In this document: positions 53,136 to 64,000 of the stretch, in pieces | Numbering within the stretch: position 1 is the first letter of the stretch | Layout of the letters: the number at the start of each line of letters is the position of its first letter | Origin: Octopus bimaculoides | Lineage: Eukaryota | DNA: 64,000 bases | Assembly (NCBI RefSeq): GCF_001194135.2 | Contig: NC_068982.1 | Location: forward strand, 14,949,460-15,013,459 | Direction: 5' to 3' | Notes under the pieces: model-generated | Database searches by the model: none | Seen by the model: only the letters and a program-made list of their open reading frames with translations | What the model was told of the DNA's origin: nothing | Program-made: the position numbers and the translations under genes

Positions 53136-55189
53136 TGAGATGGTTGTTTTTGTTTTCTTTTTCTGTTTTTTTTTTGTTTTTGTTTTTTTTTTTCCTCTCA
53201 CCTGATGGCTTGGTTAGATTGGTTTTACAGCTTGAGTGATTTCTCAGTTTATAACCTGAGTGAATCGTTAGAGAATGTTGTTTTATGCTCAGATTTCCCC
53301 CCCCCCCTCCATTCTGCTGTGAATCGAATTAATGGTTATTTCCTAGTTTAATGGACTGAGCTAAGTCATGTTCTTTGCCTTAGAGTTCATGTGCATTCCA
53401 TTTGGATTCTTTACATAAAAAGTATTGAAGCACCATAGCTATTCACACATTTTACAACTGTTGCTGTTGTTGTTATTGTTGTTGATGTTGTTGTTACATC
53501 AGTCAGCTCTGATCAAGCAGATAAAAAGTATTCTAGCCCTGATTATTATTTTTTTTTATACATATATTTCTTTCTCAATTCTTTAACATATGCTTAATGT
53601 TTTCTTTTAAGACAGCACAGCATGATATTTTTTCGAGCCAAACAACCAAACTAAAGGGGCTGGGAGCTCCCTTTTCAGTTATTGACAAAATTAAAAATAT
53701 TAATAACAAAACAAAAAGCAAAGAAAAACAATTTATTTTAGCCACATTGCAAATTGTACACAAGACAGCCTAAAAGAGATATTTCATTCCAGAGATCTTG
53801 GAAAATGCAGAATGACTGGTCATAATATCAACAATAAATGCCAATGTCTTCACCATTTCATTCAAGTGGAACATCAACATTCAAACTTATTGATGTGCAC
53901 ATAGACACATACATACATCTTTTGTTGTTTGTGATACTTTCGCCGGTGGCATGTAAAAGCACCTGTTACACTCTCGGGGTGGTTGGCATTAGGAAGGGCA
54001 TCCAGCTGTAGAAACTGTGCCAAATCAGACTGGAGTCTGGTGCAGCCCCTCAGCTTACCCCCCAACCCTGGTCAAATTGTCCAACCCATGGACAATAGAT
54101 GTTAAATGATGATGATGATGTTTCATTCATTTGATTGCAACCATCCTGGGGCACCACCTTGAAGAATTTTTAGCTGAATGAATTAACCCCAGTAGTTTTT
54201 CTTCTTTTTAAGCCTGATACTTAATCTCTTGGTCTCTTTTGCCAAACCACTAACTTACAAGGACATAAACACACCAACACTGGTTGTCAAGCAGTGGTGG
54301 TGGAGGACAAACACAGACACAAAGACACACAGACACAAAGACACACACACATATATACATGTGTGTGTGTGTGACAGGTTTCTTTCATTTTTCATCTACC
54401 AAGTCCACTGACAAGGCTTTGGTCAGCCCAAGGCTATACGTAGAAGACACTTGCCCAAGATGCCATGCAGTGGGACTGAACCTGGAACCATGTAATTGGG
54501 AAGGCAATATCCACATACCTTATTCACTCACAAGGCATAGGTTGGAAAATGGTTAGAGTAGAAGATACTTGCCCAAGGTACCACACATTAGGATTGAACT
54601 TAAAGCCACACGGTTGTGAAATGAACTCCCTAACCACACAGCCTAACCTGTGCCTTGTATCTCTGAATATTGATTGTTTTACTTTAGCTGAAGACCATAA
54701 TTTAATATAGGTATAAATAGTCAATTAACCAATCTTATATGTCTGTTATTTATTTTATTACTCAATATTTCTGCGACAAATGTGATGGAATGGCAGGAAG
54801 ACTGGAATGCTAAAGATAATAAAATTCTACTTTCTCTATAATATTCCATCATACAAATAACTGACAAAACTGCTAAGGAATTTCTGATGGAAATAATCTA
54901 TTCCTTTAAAATATCAGATTCCATCAGATGAAACAGACAATGAATGGTATGCCACCCCATGGCATAAAATCTGATTTAGGATTTTTGGTTTCTTTTAGAT
55001 GAAGATTTTGGATTGAATGTGAGCCAGAGGTGAGTAGTGTACTACATTTGGAACTAGTTCAGCTGTTAGTTACTAACAGATTGTTGTAAGTGAAATGTAG
55101 GATACAAATTCCTGGACTAACTGTCTGGCATTTATTCCTGACAGCAATTTCAGGACCAAAGTATTTGGTTATTTTAATGTGAAGCAAAA

Positions 55190-56150
55190 GTCAGATGTAT
55201 AGCAGGTGCTGCTGGGATCAACTTTGCCTTTAATCCTTTTGGGGTTGTAAAATAAGTACCAATGAAACACTGGGGTTGATGTAATCGACTAATCTCTTTC
55301 CCCTCCAAAGTTTCAGGCCTTATGTCTTTATTAGAAAGGATTATTATTAATATCAATATTATTATTATTATATCTAAGGTGTCAAGCTGGCAGAATTGTT
55401 TGTACGTTGAGCAAAATGCTTAGAGTCATTTCATCTGTGTTTATGTTCTGAGTTCAAATTTTGCTTTGGTCAACCTTGCCTTTCATCCTTTAAGGGTTGA
55501 TAAAATAAGTACCAGTTGAATACTGGGGTTGATGTAATTGACTTACTCCCTCCCCTGCAATTGCTGGCCTTGTCACAAAATTTCAAATCAGTATTAATAT
55601 TATTATTAAACCAGCAAACTATCAGAATCATTAGCACAATCTTTATGTTTTGAGTTCAAATTCCACCGAGGTCAACTTTGCCTTTCATCCTTCTGGGACC
55701 AATGCAATAAGGGCAGTGAGCTGGTAGAAATGTTAGCACACCAGGTGAAATACTTAGGGGTATTTCATCTGCCGTTACGTTCTGAGTTCAAATTCTAAAC
55801 TGGGGTTGATGTAATCAACTTAATCCCTTTGTTTGTCCCCTCTATGTTTAGCCCCCTGTAGACAATAAAGAATAAATAAGAACCAGTTAAGCACTGAGGT
55901 CGACGTAATCAACTAGAGGGTTAATCTCCTCAAAATTGCTGACCTTGTGCCAAAATTTGAAACCAATATAAATATTTTAATTCACTACGTGTTAGAAAAA
56001 TTTCTGAACAAAAAGCTTTGCAGTATTTGTTCTGGATCATGATGTTCTGAGTTCAAATCCCTCTGGGATCACAAAGATAACATATCAGTCATGTACTGGG
56101 GTTGATGGTATCTTCCAGTCAAAATTACTGGCCTTGTGTCAAATCAGAAA
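55190..56150 (+). mobile_element. Pile-up of 5-6 full or truncated family B SINEs
   Basis: Repeated ctgagttcaaatt, ttgcctttcatcc, aagtacca and ctggggttgatgtaatc blocks joined by (ATT)n tails. Confidence 0.8.
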
Positions 56151-56205
56151 CTATCATCATCATCAGCAGCAGCAGCAGCACCATTATTATGTTCTTGCTC
56201 TCCTT

Positions 56206-56470
56206 CTGGTGGTTCGCAAACATTTTCGGGTTGCTGCCCTCCCCCAATCCGACACCCAGGCCACATTCCTAGCGCTCCCACCCCAACTAACCATCACAAA
56301 CATATACCTTTTTCTGAAGCAAATTTAAAGCAACAGTATTTCACAAATAAAACTTAACCTAATGAACCCATTATTTTGTTGTTTATACATGAATCACTAC
56401 CCCATTATTGCCCCCTTGGAACTTTCCACCACCTCCAGGGGAACAATACCACCCACTTTGGGAACCACTG
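56206..56470. mobile_element. hAT-type MITE (family of 31180)
   Basis: tggtggttcgcaaac ... tttgggaaccactg termini; shared internal blocks. Confidence 0.7.
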
Positions 56471-57257
56471 GACTTCAAGATCTATGCTCCTTTCAGTCAA
56501 TCCAGATAATGGCAACACTGTTTCAGAAAAATATAAATCTAAAAGTAGTCTTGATTGTCTAAAGGCTGGATTTCTTCAGATGTCTGAAAGCTTACCTCAG
56601 AACATCTCACTCATTAATGTTAATGAGTGATTAGAACAGCATCTTAGATGCATGTAAAGATTCTCCCAGATATGCCAATATGCCTGTGTGTACTTGAACA
56701 AGCTGCTACAAAGTCATATTTAAAGTTTTCATTAGATTAACTGACAGGAGTAGTGACTGTTACCCACAGTTACATGTAGCTGGCTCTCTCAACCACAGAT
56801 TTGTTATCTTGCCAATCAATTTAGACAAGATTAATAAGCAGGGTCTGGTGTACTGGAAAGTTATTGCACCTATCCCTGCACATTAGGTTTCAGGGACTAG
56901 ATTAATGAAAGTAGTTAGGCAGGAATTGACAGGTGCAATTATTAATTACTTATCCTGGTGGCTCCTGCTATAAAGGTAGATTAGAACAGAAGCTATGTCT
57001 GCATGTATTCAATATCATTATAGTGTTGAACTAATTAGAAATTGAAATCATTGACATTTCTTTAACAGGAACATACATTAGACATATATTGGTTTTTAGA
57101 ATGGAGAACTTTGAATACATTGAGTAGTTACATAGTTTTCCTAACTACGTTCTTTCAATTCAATTAACTTCAGTTTGTTGATTATTTTCGTGCTATTATT
57201 TTCTTCTGCAAAATGTTTGGCACACATATCTAGTTATTTCTGGTATTTTATTAAGTA

Positions 57258-57645
57258 GGCGTAGGAGTGGCTGTGTGGTAGGTAGCTTGCTTACCAACCA
57301 CATGGTTCCAGGTTCAGTCCCACTGCGTAGCACCTTGGGCAAGAGTCTTCAGGCCAACCAGTTTTGTGAGTGGATTTGGTAGACGGAAACTGAAAGAAGC
57401 CTGTCATATATATGTATGTGTGTGTATATGTTGTGTATCTGTGTTTGTCCCCCCAACATCGCTTGACAACCGATGCTGGTGTGTTTAGGTCCCCGTAACT
57501 TAGCGGTTCGGCAAAAGAGACCGATAGAATAAGTACTAGGCTTACAAAGAATAAATCCTGGGGTCGGTTTGATTCGACTAAAGGCGGTGCTCCAGCATGG
57601 CCGCAGTCAAATGACTGAAACAAGTAAAAGAGTAAAGAGTAAAAG
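57258..57645 (+). mobile_element. Family A SINE, full length
   Basis: Near-consensus head, body and (GTAAAGA)n tail. Confidence 0.92.
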
Positions 57646-58494
57646 TATTTAAAATGAAAGACTAATGCTTTTTGCAAGAATTATTGTATCAAAACCTAAA
57701 AATACTTGGTTGTGCCTTTGATCTTTGCTAGTTACAGTATTATAATAATCGTCTATCTGGAAATCTAATCTTCAATCTTCTGGGTTAAGGAACTGGCAGA
57801 AGGAAAATTTTCAACTCATGCTAGCTTATCGTTAATTTGTTAACACCATGCTGAACATACATCTAAAACAGTGCCATCTTAATCTGCTGGAACATATTGG
57901 CCAAAGATTTAATGATAGCAATTCTTACAGTAATATCTAACGTCTTTCTCCTTGGTTTATTCTAAGGATATTTGAAACAAAACAAAAACAAACAAAATCT
58001 GTTCCTTTACTTTGTTTTGTTCATTATGTTCATCTTTCTAACCTTGTGACTCTCTTTGAAGGTGACTATTCCAGGTAGATTCTTCTCTCAGAATAACATA
58101 ATTATCTTTGGGTGTGTTGCTGTTCCTTTTTAATTGAATCTTGCACTGAAATCCTTTTGAATATCTCACATTATCTTTCCTGTGTCTATTTTTTTTTACT
58201 TCAAAATATGTCTTGTCAGCCTTGATTTCCTTGAAACATTTTGGTTCAATACTAAAACTGACTGGTTTGGATATGTGTGTAGCATTTGATGTATGTGTGC
58301 GTATGTGAAGAGCACACTCATGATGTTCTGAGTTCAGTCTCATTGCATCCCTCCTTGGTCAAGTGTTTTCTATCATCATCTTGGGTCAATCCCAAACTGT
58401 GAGTGGGATTAAGTACGTAAGTGTGTGTGTGGACACATTGTTTACTTGACTGAATTCCTTTTATTATATTGGTATTTTTATTTTGCTTTACCTT

Positions 58495-58800
58495 CTATCT
58501 TTTACTTGTTTCAGTCATGAAACTGTGGCCATGCTGGGGCACCATTCTGAATATTTTTAGCTGAATAAATCAACCCCAGTACTTTTTTTTTTTTTTTTTT
58601 TTGCAAGCCCAGTACTTGTTCTACCAGTCTCTTTTGCCAAACCAATAAGTTATGGGGATGTAAACACACCAACACCGGCTGTCACACATGTACAAGGGCT
58701 TCTTTCAGGCTCCATCAACCAAATCCACTCACAAGGCTTTGGTTGGTCTGGGGCTATAGTAGAAGACCCTTGCCCAGGGTGCCACTCAGTAGGACTGAAC
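58495..58800 (-). mobile_element. Family A SINE, internally deleted
   Basis: Reverse-complement motifs; inverted relative to 57258. Confidence 0.8.
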
Positions 58801-58839
58801 CTGGTACTTGATTCGGTTTTTTGGATATTTTTGTTTTAA

Positions 58840-59222
58840 CCCTTTAGCATTCAGATTACTCCATCAAATGTAATGCTTATTTATTCATATTGATTTGAAC
58901 TAGTCATGCCTTACTTTGTGGCTTTGAAATTTCAGGGACATGATTGTTTAGTTTTAGAATAATATTGTAAGATAAGTGCGAGAGACCTGATCTGGCCAGT
59001 TTTGAAGATAAAACAGGTATATTAAACTTGAAATTTACAGAAAAACAAGAGGAAGACAGGTGTATAAACAACAAACATGTGTATTAGTTTAACACTCGGG
59101 AAGGTGTGAAAGTCTTTTACCTTTCAAGCCTATGCTCTTCAGCAGAAAGGAACACAAGGAAATAAACAGAGAATAAAATATATTAAACTTGGATGGATAT
59201 GGCCAGTTTAAGTGCTAAAGGG
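58840..59222. mobile_element. piggyBac-type MITE carrying a 148-bp secondary insert (59031-59178)
   Basis: TTAA|CCCTTTAGCAT...AGTGCTAAAGGG|TTAA; colinear with the reverse complement of 40762-40981 except for the insert, which is flanked by tatattaaacttg direct repeats. Confidence 0.82.
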
Positions 59223-59299
59223 TTAATATCTTATTCAGACAAGTAAGGGAAAACCTGATCCTTTTTTAGGGCTTCTGAGATTCAGGCAAAGAAGGGAAG

Positions 59300-60008
59300 A
59301 TGTCGCAAAGGCAGTAAAGGTCTTTTGGCTCCCTCCATATTATTGGAATGGCAAAAGACATGGATTTCTTATTATTATTGAACCAGTCGCATAAGCCATT
59401 TGAGCAAGCTGAGCAGATAAAATGTGGTGCCTATAACTTGTCCTGATCTCCAAGAGGACAGTCAAAGTATAGCTTATAAATCTTCTTGATTTCTTGGTGT
59501 TATTGTACGTTTTTGAGCTTTCACAATAAATTGTCCACAGACAAAACAAAACACATCAGGACGATTTCTACACTGTCTTGATATTGTTAACACTCTAAAA
59601 CAAATAAGGAAATAGATACAAACGGTTATACTTATATTGAATTTGAGATGATGAAATATTTCATCAGACCAAATATGACTGGACAATTTGAGATGTTGAA
59701 ATACCTATTTTATCAGACAGAGCTTGATTTGTTAATTTAAGATGATGGAGTATTGCATCTGAACTATGCAGCAATGAATAACGTAGCTTATTTTAAAGCT
59801 ACGTTTCCATGTTGTAAATGAAATACATGCATACACGTCGTTAACTGGAATTTCCTTATAATGCATGAGCTGAAACCCCAAAAAATTTCTCATCTTGAAA
59901 ACTGTACATAATGTCAAAAAAGCTAATTGTATATTTGAAATCAGAATTAAAAAATACACTAAGTACACCTTGACATATGCTTGAAGGAAAAATACTTGTT
60001 GTCCAGTG
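59300..60008 (-). mobile_element. 5' fragment of a Chapaev3-like (CMC) DNA transposon with pseudogenised N-terminal zinc-finger exon
   Basis: - strand: SRQCRNRPDVFCFVCGQFIVKAQKRTITP-(+1 frameshift)-KKIYKLYFDCPLGDQDKL*APHFICSACSNGLCDWFNNNKKSMSFAIPIIWREPKDLYCLC. Putative terminus TAA|CACTGGACAACAAG at 60008 (CAC start, TWA flank). Transposase identity is firm; the Chapaev3 label is from recall. Confidence 0.72.
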
Positions 60009-60365
60009 TTATAGATACATATGTTTCCTCTTTTTAAGCTGAAACAGTGTGATTTGAAAACAGATTGGCATTTGTGTCTAGCAATGAAATTCAAACACAG
60101 AGCCTTCCTCTTTAGCTTGTCTATAATTCTATTTCCTCCACTGTGTTCATATTAATACCTTGAATCTATTGCTTTCACTAAGCTTCCTCTTCTCTTTGTG
60201 GTTGCCATGTCATCTGGTGCAGATTACTAACATATTTATTCCTATTAAGCAGTTCCATGTAGCAGGTTATCAAAGAGTTAAAAACTATAGAATCAGTGTT
60301 TTTGTTTTTTTTGTTTTTTTCAAATACACTTGCTTTCATTTATATAACTCCATTTATATTTACAG

Positions 60366-60457
60366 ATGACTATTTGTGGACAGGAAAATGGGCCTTGGCA
60401 GGTCTGCTTCTGTTCCTTTTCATTGAAAAAATTATGAGTGATGAGTCTCAATCTAAG
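60366..60457 (+). CDS. SLC39A13: Next internal coding exon (TM3) of the same ZIP13-type transporter
   Basis: Acceptor atatttacag|, donor AAG|gtaaga; 92 nt, phase 1-0. Joined to the previous exon it reads ...EAWSHAKSF-D-DYLWTGKWALAGLLLFLFIEKIMSDESQSK, matching ZIP13 TM3 (human GLWVIAGILTFLALEKMF, from recall). Lies within ORF 60296..60517. Confidence 0.87.
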
Positions 60458-61299
60458 GTAAGAATACAAATTATTTTTTACTCATTATCATTGTCGTCAT
60501 CATCATCATTGGTTTAATGTTCACTTTTCCATGCTCACATGAGTTTGTTAGAATTTCGTTGTGGCAGATTTTCTATAGCTGGATGCCCTTCCTGTTGCCA
60601 ACACTCACATATTCCCAGATAATTTAATATTTCCCCATAACTAGACATGGAATATTGGAAACGAAGGACCCTGCTTGCATGACAGTGATAATCGTTTGCA
60701 ACTATCACACAACGTCAAAGAAAGGAAACAAAAAGGAACACACACACACACACAGGTGTTTTCTCTATAGCCCATGGCTAACCAAAACCTTGTTAATGGA
60801 AGGCAGAAACTAAAAGCCCATCATATATATATATATATATATATACAATGTGTTACTGTCTCCTTACCTTGACTTCCTGTGATATTTGTGAACAAGCGTT
60901 TCCATCATGCAAGTGGTGTCCTCCCTTCCTAGTCTTCTGTGAAAACATTCCTGGTCATGGAGTACAACGACCTTCATTGAAAAACAGATAAAGATTGACG
61001 ACAGGAAGGGCACCCAGTCATAGTAAACTAGCTCAACAAATTCTGTCTGAACCACTCAAATATGGAAAAGTGGACATTAAAATAATGATGATGATGTAAT
61101 GCCATTTTGAGGTTTTGATGTACTGGGCAGTTGTCCAGAAGCATCACATTTCTAGGAACCCAATGCTAATCGATGTATATTGTGGTTGTGTATATAGGGG
61201 TTCTTGAATATTACTTTACCTAGGGAGCCCATGATGCTGTTAACATGGCCCTTGTCATGGGCACACCTTGATAAAGGATTCCCATAAAACTAGTTTTTT

Positions 61300-62237
61300 A
61301 TCCAAACAAATCAACCCTAGTGCTTCATTTCTTTTCCTAAGCCTGGTACTTATTCTATCTGTCTCTTTTTGCCAAACCACTAAGTTAGATGGATGTAAAC
61401 AAACCAACACAAGTTGTCAAGTAGAGGTGGTGATCAGACACACACACATGATGGACCACTTTCAGTTTTCATCTACCAAATCTACTCACAAGGACTATTA
61501 GTCACACCAGGACTATTGTAGAAGACACTTGCCCAAGAACTGAACCCAGAACCATGTGATTGGGAAGCAAAATTTTTACCACAGAACTACATTACTTTTT
61601 GTACATTCAAAATATTTAATTAAAAGTCATCTCTATTTAATGAAAGCATTGATTTATTTTAACAAATTCATTCACAATTACCTGCATAATTTCATCGGAA
61701 ATGAATTTGGGAAAAAAATAGCTTGATTCTTTTATACAAAAATTATTTCACCAAAGAGGCACGAGTTTTCTATAAACAATCTAGAATAGGTTCCTATATT
61801 TGTTTTTGTTACAATCAGTCTCTCATTTGCAAAGATAATCATGTATTAAAGAACAAAAGCATTGATTTTTGCTATTAACATGTCACTTTATATGAGAAAT
61901 TCCAATATTTTACCCTTTTTGCTGATTTTATCTCCTGACTGATTATTAAGCACTTAGTTGATCTCATACTCTCAACTAATGAATTCAGCAAGCAATAACA
62001 AATAAAGCAGCTATGTATGTGATATACACACAACATATATATACAGGTCGATAGAAAATAAAAAAAGTGTTCTCTTCCGACTTGAGTTCCAGGTAAGTAG
62101 CTTGCTTACGAACCACATGGTTCCGGGTTCAGTCCCACTGCATGGCACTTTGGGCAAGTGTCTTCTACTATAGCCTCGGTCCGACCAAAGCCTTGTGAGT
62201 GGATTTGGTAGACTGAAACTGAAAGAAGCCCGTCGTA

Positions 62238-62312
<75 letters not shown>

Positions 62313-62540
62313 GTATGTGTGTGTGTATGTTTGTGTGTTTGTGTTTGTCCCCCCCCCCCACATCGCTTGACAACCGATGCTGGTGTGTTTAAGTTCCCAT
62401 AACTTAGCGGTTCGGCAAAAGAGACCGATATAATATATACTAGGCTTCCAAAGAATAAGTCCTGGAGTCGATTTGCTCGACTAAAGGCGGTGCTCCAGCA
62501 TGGCCACAGTCAAATGACTGAAGCAAGTAAAAGAGTAAAT
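61300..62540. mobile_element. Family A SINEs: degenerate minus copy (61300-61585) and 5'-clipped plus copy (62093-62540)
   Basis: Family A motifs in opposite orientations downstream of the second ZIP13 exon. Confidence 0.82.
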
Positions 62541-63781
62541 AAACACACACACACACACACATATATGTGTGTGTATGTTGAAGAAGAACAGCCTTCATGC
62601 ACCCTCTTTTCCTCAAATTTGCTACAAAGCAAAACCTCCCTCTCCATCCTTATTCTCAATTTCAAATGAAGCTTATAAGATTTAGGTCAGTGAGCTAGAA
62701 TTTTGTCCACCAGCTTTTCAAGTAAACCCACCTAATAATCTGTTTTCCCATAACCACTATACAAGAAAACCAAAAAGGTGACAGCAGACAATTTTTACAA
62801 GGAACCTGATCAATGCCTGATCAATCTGACATGTGATTGTTAATTGCTCGTGCTTATTCAAATAGCTGTTATCACATATTGAATGGATCTGCAATCAACC
62901 AAGTTCTTTTTTTAAATTATCTGCTTGTTATGTTTGACAAGGAGAAGGCCTGTAGTTTTCCTCTGATGAAACAGATTCTTATATTGGACTTATTGGAAAA
63001 GTTGAGGACAGGAGTCTAGCTCTCTGACCAATTTCTCATTAGTTCCATTTCCATCAATTCCCACTGGTAAGGCTGAAGAAGAATGTGTGCCTGTTAACAA
63101 ATTGAATCTATGTGGTTGCAAGTGGGAAAGCTTGTATGAATGACAGGACTAGTTCTCAAATTCTACCTGAAAATTGCAGTCAGAAGACAACTGCCCACAG
63201 TATAAGGGGATCAGTGTTTTGAAGTACCTTGATCCTCCATAGACAGCAGTTCCCTCACTCGCTTGTGTATATCTTTGTATATTTTATATTGTTACTGTTG
63301 AGTTTTGAGCTCTTTGTACATTGTCATCAGCCAATTTACTTTCGGCATAGTAGTATTACTAGTTAAGATATAGAGAGCAAATGTTGGAGAAGTTATGATA
63401 AACACCAGTTTATATCATTTGTTCTTTATGTAGGTTTTGATCTCTATAACTTAGTGCAATAAAGTGTTCTTTTGATGGTCCGTTGTGGTTATGGATCCAA
63501 TTGCACTTGAAACATTCAATGCAGAGGTTCCTAACAAGCACTACAGTGAAATGTATATAGGGAACAAAAACTTGTGTTTGTCGTATTTTGAACCCAAAAC
63601 CATGTGGTTAACCATGCAGCCGTGTCTGCACCTATCATATTATGAATCTTTAATCTATTTCATANNNNNNNNNNTTAACCATGCAGCCGTGTCTGCACCT
63701 ATCATATTATGAATCTTTAATCTATTTCATATTGTATTATATTTTTGTCCCAAGTTGTATTTTGTGTGTGTGTGTCTGTGT

Positions 63782-63980
63782 GTGTATTGGTACTATATAA
63801 AAGCACCCAGTACACTCTGCAAACTAGTTAGTGTTAAGAAGGGCATCCAACTGTAGAAATCATGCCAAAACTGACAACTGGAGCCTGGTGCAGCCCTCCA
63901 ACTTGCCAGCTCCTGTCAGACCATCCAACTCATGCCAGCATGGAAAACAGATGCCAAATGATGATGAGGACGATGATGAT
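63782..63980 (+). mobile_element. Family C retroposon
   Basis: aaaagcacccagtacactctg...gaagggcatccaactgtag...catgccagcatggaaaacagatg plus (GAT)n tail. Confidence 0.82.
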
Positions 63981-64000
63981 GATATACATATACATATATA

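Noticed and set aside
56609-56630. Short palindrome cactcattaa-tg-ttaatgagtg (and the 10-bp hairpin at ~17991-18017)
   Set aside because: Too short to exceed chance in 64 kb of AT-rich sequence; no supporting context.
63608-63731. Exact 57-bp direct duplication
   Set aside because: The copies flank a 10-N gap, typical of an unmerged contig overlap.

Overview
Eukaryotic, AT-rich, repeat-dense draft sequence with 7 N-gaps. The SINE families and microsatellite load point to an octopus (coleoid cephalopod) genome; this is inferred from recalled repeat sequences, not a database result. The only protein-coding gene I can support is a ZIP13-type (SLC39A13, LIV-1 subfamily) metal transporter on the + strand. 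Two internal exons (17333-17440, 60366-60457) splice in frame across a ~42.9 kb GT-AG intron. The TM1 exon and the TM4-TM8 exons were not found and probably lie outside the window or in gaps, so nearly the whole window is intronic. The rest is a mobile-element landscape: at least 4 SINE-like families (dozens of copies, often in inverted pairs), decayed RTE-clade LINE RT fragments, a Chapaev3-like transposase relic, a non-autonomous Helitron, and hAT, mariner and piggyBac-type MITEs. There is also a 13-unit minisatellite and many microsatellites. The best leads are: three tight long palindromes plus inverted SINE pairs (intronic dsRNA, possible ADAR or small-RNA substrates); a well-formed 31-nt candidate poison microexon in the ZIP13 intron; and degenerate hammerhead-ribozyme-like cores of Penelope-like type. 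I found no clearly novel multi-gene system. All 60-300 aa ORFs in the supplied track except the one overlapping the second ZIP13 exon and those overlapping transposon relics look spurious.
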